In this document: positions 49,511-53,956 of the stretch, one piece after another
Layout: the number at the start of each line of letters is the position of its first letter
Position numbering within the stretch: the stretch's first letter is position 1
DNA from: an uncultured Planctomycetaceae bacterium
Lineage (GTDB): Bacteria > Planctomycetota > Planctomycetia > Planctomycetales > Planctomycetaceae
Direction of reading: 5' to 3'
Length of the DNA stretch: 53,956 bases
NCBI GenBank assembly: GCA_963976765.1
Contig: CAXBME010000040.1
Coordinates: 1-53,956, forward strand
Position numbers and translations under genes: made by a program
Notes under the pieces: model-generated
Told to the model about the DNA's origin: nothing
The model's input: the letters and a program-made list of their open reading frames with translations, nothing else
The model's database searches: none

Positions 49511-49692
49511 CTCTTGTTCCTCAGGACGGGGAAGAAATTGACTCTCTATCCAGTCCTGAGTTCGTTCGGGAATTCAGCAGTTTTTGTCAGAAAAAGCCAT
49601 CTTTCGAGGCGTCAAGCGACTGTTTTCACGGGCGTTATGCGATTGTTTGTTTTTTTGTTCGGTTCGGAAACGACTTCAATTCGTTCGGTCGA

Positions 49693-50502
49693 TCAACGTT
49701 GCCGACGATCTTTCCTTTTGCCGACCTTCAATAATGCACGGAACTCCGCGAGTTCTTTCCAGACAGCAGTTTCGACGATCGTCGAGGCCGCTTTACCAAT
49801 TGCTCTACTCCATTGCTTCACCGTCCAGCCTCGTGAGTGCGGATTCTTCATCATGAATTCCACCATCAACACGTTAGCAGTTGGTCCTCGTTTGGATTTT
49901 CGCGAGTCGCCGCCTGTTGACGCACCACCATCTATATCGCAATCGGACCGACGTTCTCGCGTTTGCAATCTTATTTTTGGATCGTTTGACCACTCATGCG
50001 TGCTTCTCGCGAATGCGGCCATGCCCCGGCTGAATTCCTGAATCAGCAGGTCAGTGATGCGTGCAAACCGGATAGTCACGAATGGCTGTAGCTGTGCTGC
50101 AATGTCGGGCCACCATTGAGCCAGCTTTTCGGGGCGAATGACTGTCCGTTCTATCGCAGTGGCGCGCCCGAGAATTCCGCTGACCTTCCCGCCTGGCGTC
50201 AGTATCGACGAGCTGACGCGGGCGACGATCTCACCTGCGACGGTATGCCAGTTCGGTGATGGCAGACCGGCAGGCAGCCCGACGTCTTCCCGAGTGTCCG
50301 CCACCGACGTAAACAGTTCGCCGATCAGTGGAGACTCGCCTGGATCGTCGAGAACCGATTCAAGCAGCCCTTTCACGAGCAGGCGACTCGGTGGAGTGCC
50401 TGAATCGTCAGCCGCCGTCGCAACGATCCACTCGACTGTCCCGAGTGAGGTTCTGACCAGATCATGCACCCGCTGAATCTCACTCCGAGTTATTTCAGAC
50501 AT
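49693..50502 (-). CDS. Hypothetical protein with probable C-terminal HTH
   Basis: NPHSRGWTVKQWSRAIGKAASTIVET plus basic tail; start uncertain (50502 or 50559). Confidence 0.6.
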   Translation of the reverse strand: MSEITRSEIQRVHDLVRTSLGTVEWIVATAADDSGTPPSRLLVKGLLESVLDDPGESPLIGELFTSVADTREDVGLPAGLPSPNWHTVAGEIVARVSSSILTPGGKVSGILGRATAIERTVIRPEKLAQWWPDIAAQLQPFVTIRFARITDLLIQEFSRGMAAFARSTHEWSNDPKIRLQTRERRSDCDIDGGASTGGDSRKSKRGPTANVLMVEFMMKNPHSRGWTVKQWSRAIGKAASTIVETAVWKELAEFRALLKVGKRKDRRQR

Positions 50503-50650
50503 CGTCCATCCCAGCGGATATCGCCGTATCAAAAATCCTGTCGGTTGAACTTCTGCCACGACACACGCTAGTCAGTGGGCCTGTCAGTTGTTGTTGGTAT
50601 AAGGGTTTATTTGTCAGATTCAGTTCATCATCTTCTCGATGAGATTGGAG

Positions 50651-51229
50651 TCACCGTTGAACGGAATCAAGCATTGATCTTAGCGATTGACCAGAAAATA
50701 ACTCTGGGTACTCAACGTCTATACGGCAATCAATGGCATGAAGAAGCAACTTTATCACGATCTGCGAGTCTGCAGCGGCGCGGTGGTAACCCGACACTTC
50801 GGGGCAAAGATATGCACCGATTGTTTCGAGTTTATTGTTGGGGAAACAACCCAGTGTCTTCGCGATTGGTAGCGAGTCTATGATTGGATTTGAAATCGCC
50901 CCGATAACCGCCGGTTCTTCTCTGACTAGGATTCTGACGTCGAATAGAGCGTTATGCGCAACCAGTGTGGCCTGCGGATTCAACCAGCCAACAAATTTCC
51001 CGAGAACAACTGATGCAGATTCGGCGTCTGTCAACATTTCGGAGGTGATGCCTGTCAATCGAGTAATAAACGAGGGGACTGCAACAGGTGGAAAGACGAA
51101 TGCGTGGAACTCATCGAGTACTTTTCCGCTATCGTTGAAAAGTATCGCTGAGATCTCGATCAAACGACCTATCGGAGGAAAGCCGGTAGTTTCGCAATCG
51201 AACGCGATCCATAAACGTCCGTTGACCAT
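50651..51229 (-). CDS. DEDDh 3'-5' exonuclease (DnaQ-like)
   Basis: ExoI FDCETTG, ExoII AHNALFD, ExoIII HRAAAD. Confidence 0.92.
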   Translation of the reverse strand: MVNGRLWIAFDCETTGFPPIGRLIEISAILFNDSGKVLDEFHAFVFPPVAVPSFITRLTGITSEMLTDAESASVVLGKFVGWLNPQATLVAHNALFDVRILVREEPAVIGAISNPIIDSLPIAKTLGCFPNNKLETIGAYLCPEVSGYHRAAADSQIVIKLLLHAIDCRIDVEYPELFSGQSLRSMLDSVQR

Positions 51230-51445
51230 TATAAGCTCGTTTCAGCATGGGTATCTAAAGCAAATTACGATTCTCAGGAGCCAAGTGGCTGGCAAGAGCT
51301 CCCCAGTGATCAAAACGGTCAGGCACAGTGTGAATGTTCGATCTGACGTACTCCGACTCGCAAAGTTGGAGAGTAGCTGAATTTCCAATCGAGCTACCGT
51401 CAGGATGCAGCGTCAAATTTGGGCTATTGGGCCTCGCCACCATTG

Positions 51446-53956
51446 CGGTTCGTCCCCACAGGAGTGAGGACGGCCCGAGGAGCAAGTTCCTGCCAGATTC
51501 TGGCCTCGGTTCACCCCCACGGGAGTGGGGACAGCGGGAATGCGGTCGTAGTCGTTGGGATTCGTTCCCGGTTCACCCCCACGGGAGTGGGGACAGCTTC
51601 TCCCACCGATTCAGAGCCGCTCGATCCTTCGGTTCACCCCCACGGGAGTGGGGACAGCGAAAGTCGTAAGACACCCGGAAAGATGGTGGTGCGGTTCACC
51701 CCCACGGGAGTGGGGACAGCTCCAGTGTGCAAGCTGGGGAAACGGATCAGCGCGGTTCACCCCCACGGGAGTGGGGACAGCGTGGGAAGTCCCGATTTAA
51801 GGTGATGGATGGACGGTTCACCCCCACGGGAGTGGGGACAGCGATCAGATCGCGGCAAGCGGCGACGATCTGCGCGGTTCACCCCCACGGGAGTGGGGAC
51901 AGCTCGCTTCCGCCGCCACAGTCGCCGACTGGCACCGGTTCACCCCCACGGGAGTGGGGACAGCTTCGCCGCAGCACTTCCTCGCGTGCGGCATTACGGT
52001 TCACCCCCACGGGAGTGGGGACAGCCGCCAGCACTTTCTTCGAGTCAAAGAACATGTCGGTTCACCCCCACGGGAGTGGGGACAGCGTCAAGTGCAGGCT
52101 TCATTCCGGCAAGGAACGCCGGTTCACCCCCACGGGAGTGGGGACAGCGTGATCCGTGAGCAGGACGGGCCGAACACATTCGGTTCACCCCCACGGGAGT
52201 GGGGACAGCGACCGCTTCCAGGTTTTCTTTCAGCGTCCTGACGGTTCACCCCCACGGGAGTGGGGACAGCGCTCGTCTTTCAGCAATGGGTTCGCATCGC
52301 CGACGGTTCACCCCCACGGGAGTGGGGACAGCGAACTATGCCGCCTGCAGGGACTACCGTCAGACGGTTCACCCCCACGGGAGTGGGGACAGCTTTCGAG
52401 CTTTTCGCAGAACTCGCGATGCAGTTCGGTTCACCCCCACGGGAGTGGGGACAGCATGTGCTGCAGGTAGTCGGCGATTTCTTCGAGCGGTTCACCCCCA
52501 CGGGAGTGGGGACAGCCAGATCACGGGCAATCTGCATCGCCAGTTCCCGCGGTTCACCCCCACGGGAGTGGGGACAGCCCGATCGCGTCGTCGATGGCCT
52601 GTAAGACCGCGGTTCACCCCCACGGGAGTGGGGACAGCACGATTCTTTGGACGACACTTTGGCAGCCGATACGGTTCACCCCCACGGGAGTGGGGACAGC
52701 GCTGAGCTTCGGCAAACTGTTCGCGCAGTCGTTCGGTTCACCCCCACGGGAGTGGGGACAGCGTCCAGTCCCGATGTCTCAAGCGTGATGCCGTACGGTT
52801 CACCCCCACGGGAGTGGGGACAGCGGTCAAGACCCGAAAGAGATTCTCTCAAAGGTCGGTTCACCCCCACGGGAGTGGGGACAGCGTAGCCCCAAACCCA
52901 AATTGGGAGCCAAATGGCGGTTCACCCCCACGGGAGTGGGGACAGCTTGGACTAAGGTTCTTAATAACCTCGCCTGATCGGTTCACCCCCACGGGAGTGG
53001 GGACAGCGATTGTATTCAGAGGGTTGAGGTCGACGCTCCGCGGTTCACCCCCACGGGAGTGGGGACAGCGTTCCTGAACCGCGTCCAGGAACTTCTCCGT
53101 CACGGTTCACCCCCACGGGAGTGGGGACAGCCGATCCAAACTCAGCCAGCGTTTTGCCGTTGCCGGTTCACCCCCACGGGAGTGGGGACAGCTGTCAACG
53201 TAATGAAGCGGTTCGGCCTGGCTTCGGTTCACCCCCACGGGAGTGGGGACAGCCTGCGGTACTCTGAGCGGTCAACCTCTGATCACGGTTCACCCCCACG
53301 GGAGTGGGGACAGCTCCCAGCCGCGAGCGACGTAGAAGTGATTGAACGGTTCACCCCCACGGGAGTGGGGACAGCGCATCTTATTGGTGAAGTCCTCACT
53401 AGCTGTCGGCGGTTCACCCCCACGGGAGTGGGGACAGCCGCGACGATATCTGTGGCGTCGGTGTCGGTCGCGGTTCACCCCCACGGGAGTGGGGACAGCC
53501 TCATCTGGCTCCACTTTGATCCTGCTGCATCCGGTTCACCCCCACGGGAGTGGGGACAGCACGGACAAAATTTGCGGGGAGACGGCCAGGAGCGGTTCAC
53601 CCCCACGGGAGTGGGGACAGCGTCCGACCTGAGAGGCCAATCGCCGAGGGGAGAGCGGTTCACCCCCACGGGAGTGGGGACAGCTGAGTCTCGCCTGAGT
53701 GTTCACTTCCTGCTGAACCGGTTCACCCCCACGGGAGTGGGGACAGCTCCAGGAACGGCAACAGGATCACCTGTGCCGCCGGTTCACCCCCACGGGAGTG
53801 GGGACAGCGAATCGTTCACACCGGTCCGCCAGTCTCGACACGGTTCACCCCCACGGGAGTGGGGACAGCCTAACTTTGTCATCCTTGCCGGAATAGGTAG
53901 CCGGTTCACCCCCACGGGAGTGGGGACAGCCTAACTTTGTCATCCTTGCCGGAATA
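51446..53956 (-). CRISPR. Type I-E-like CRISPR array, truncated by window end
   Basis: 40 identical 29-nt repeats (minus strand GCTGTCCCCACTCCCGTGGGGGTGAACCG) from 51507 to 53930, with about 31-34 nt spacers; degenerate terminal repeat at 51446-51474 (5 mismatches) marks the trailer end, so the leader lies to the right. Confidence 0.98.

Larger units (their letters stand above)
45209..53956 (-). mobile_element. Satellite/PICI-like integrative element on the 3' side of tRNA-Leu; distal boundary not in window
   Basis: Co-oriented int, primase-helicase, HTH and small genes; no second tRNA 3'-half copy seen before or inside the array. Confidence 0.7.

Noticed and set aside
51334..53934. Many ORFs with repeating GSPPREWGQ / RFTPTGVGTA / VHPHGSGDS
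   Set aside because: Translations of the CRISPR repeat, not proteins.

Overview
The window looks like a Planctomycetota chromosome segment, inferred from DUF1549/DUF1553 and PVC-type heme proteins, a planctomycete-style Ser/Thr kinase and integrases. 1-36.8 kb is mostly core genome: NUDIX, lysS, dinB, rluA-type, prfB with no frameshift, yraN, scpB, mlaEFD-like, tadABC, a Crp regulator and a kinase. This part also carries two oddities: a DUF559 nuclease gene bracketed by inverted G-rich hairpin repeats, and an FAD-oxidoreductase fused to an MnmM/YtqB-type methyltransferase. From 36.87 kb the window is an integration hotspot at tRNA-Leu(TAA) (45176-45261). On the left is a decayed island bounded by a duplicate of the tRNA 5' half; it holds glutamine synthetase III, a K+ channel, sigma54-like promoters, an IS256 remnant and an integrase pseudogene. 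On the right is an apparently intact satellite-like element (integrase, primase-helicase, HTH genes, DEDDh exonuclease). It runs, with no visible att site, into a type I-E-like CRISPR array of 40 perfect repeats plus 1 degenerate repeat that is cut off by the window end. No cas genes are present in the window. All calls come from motif recognition by eye; no searches were run.
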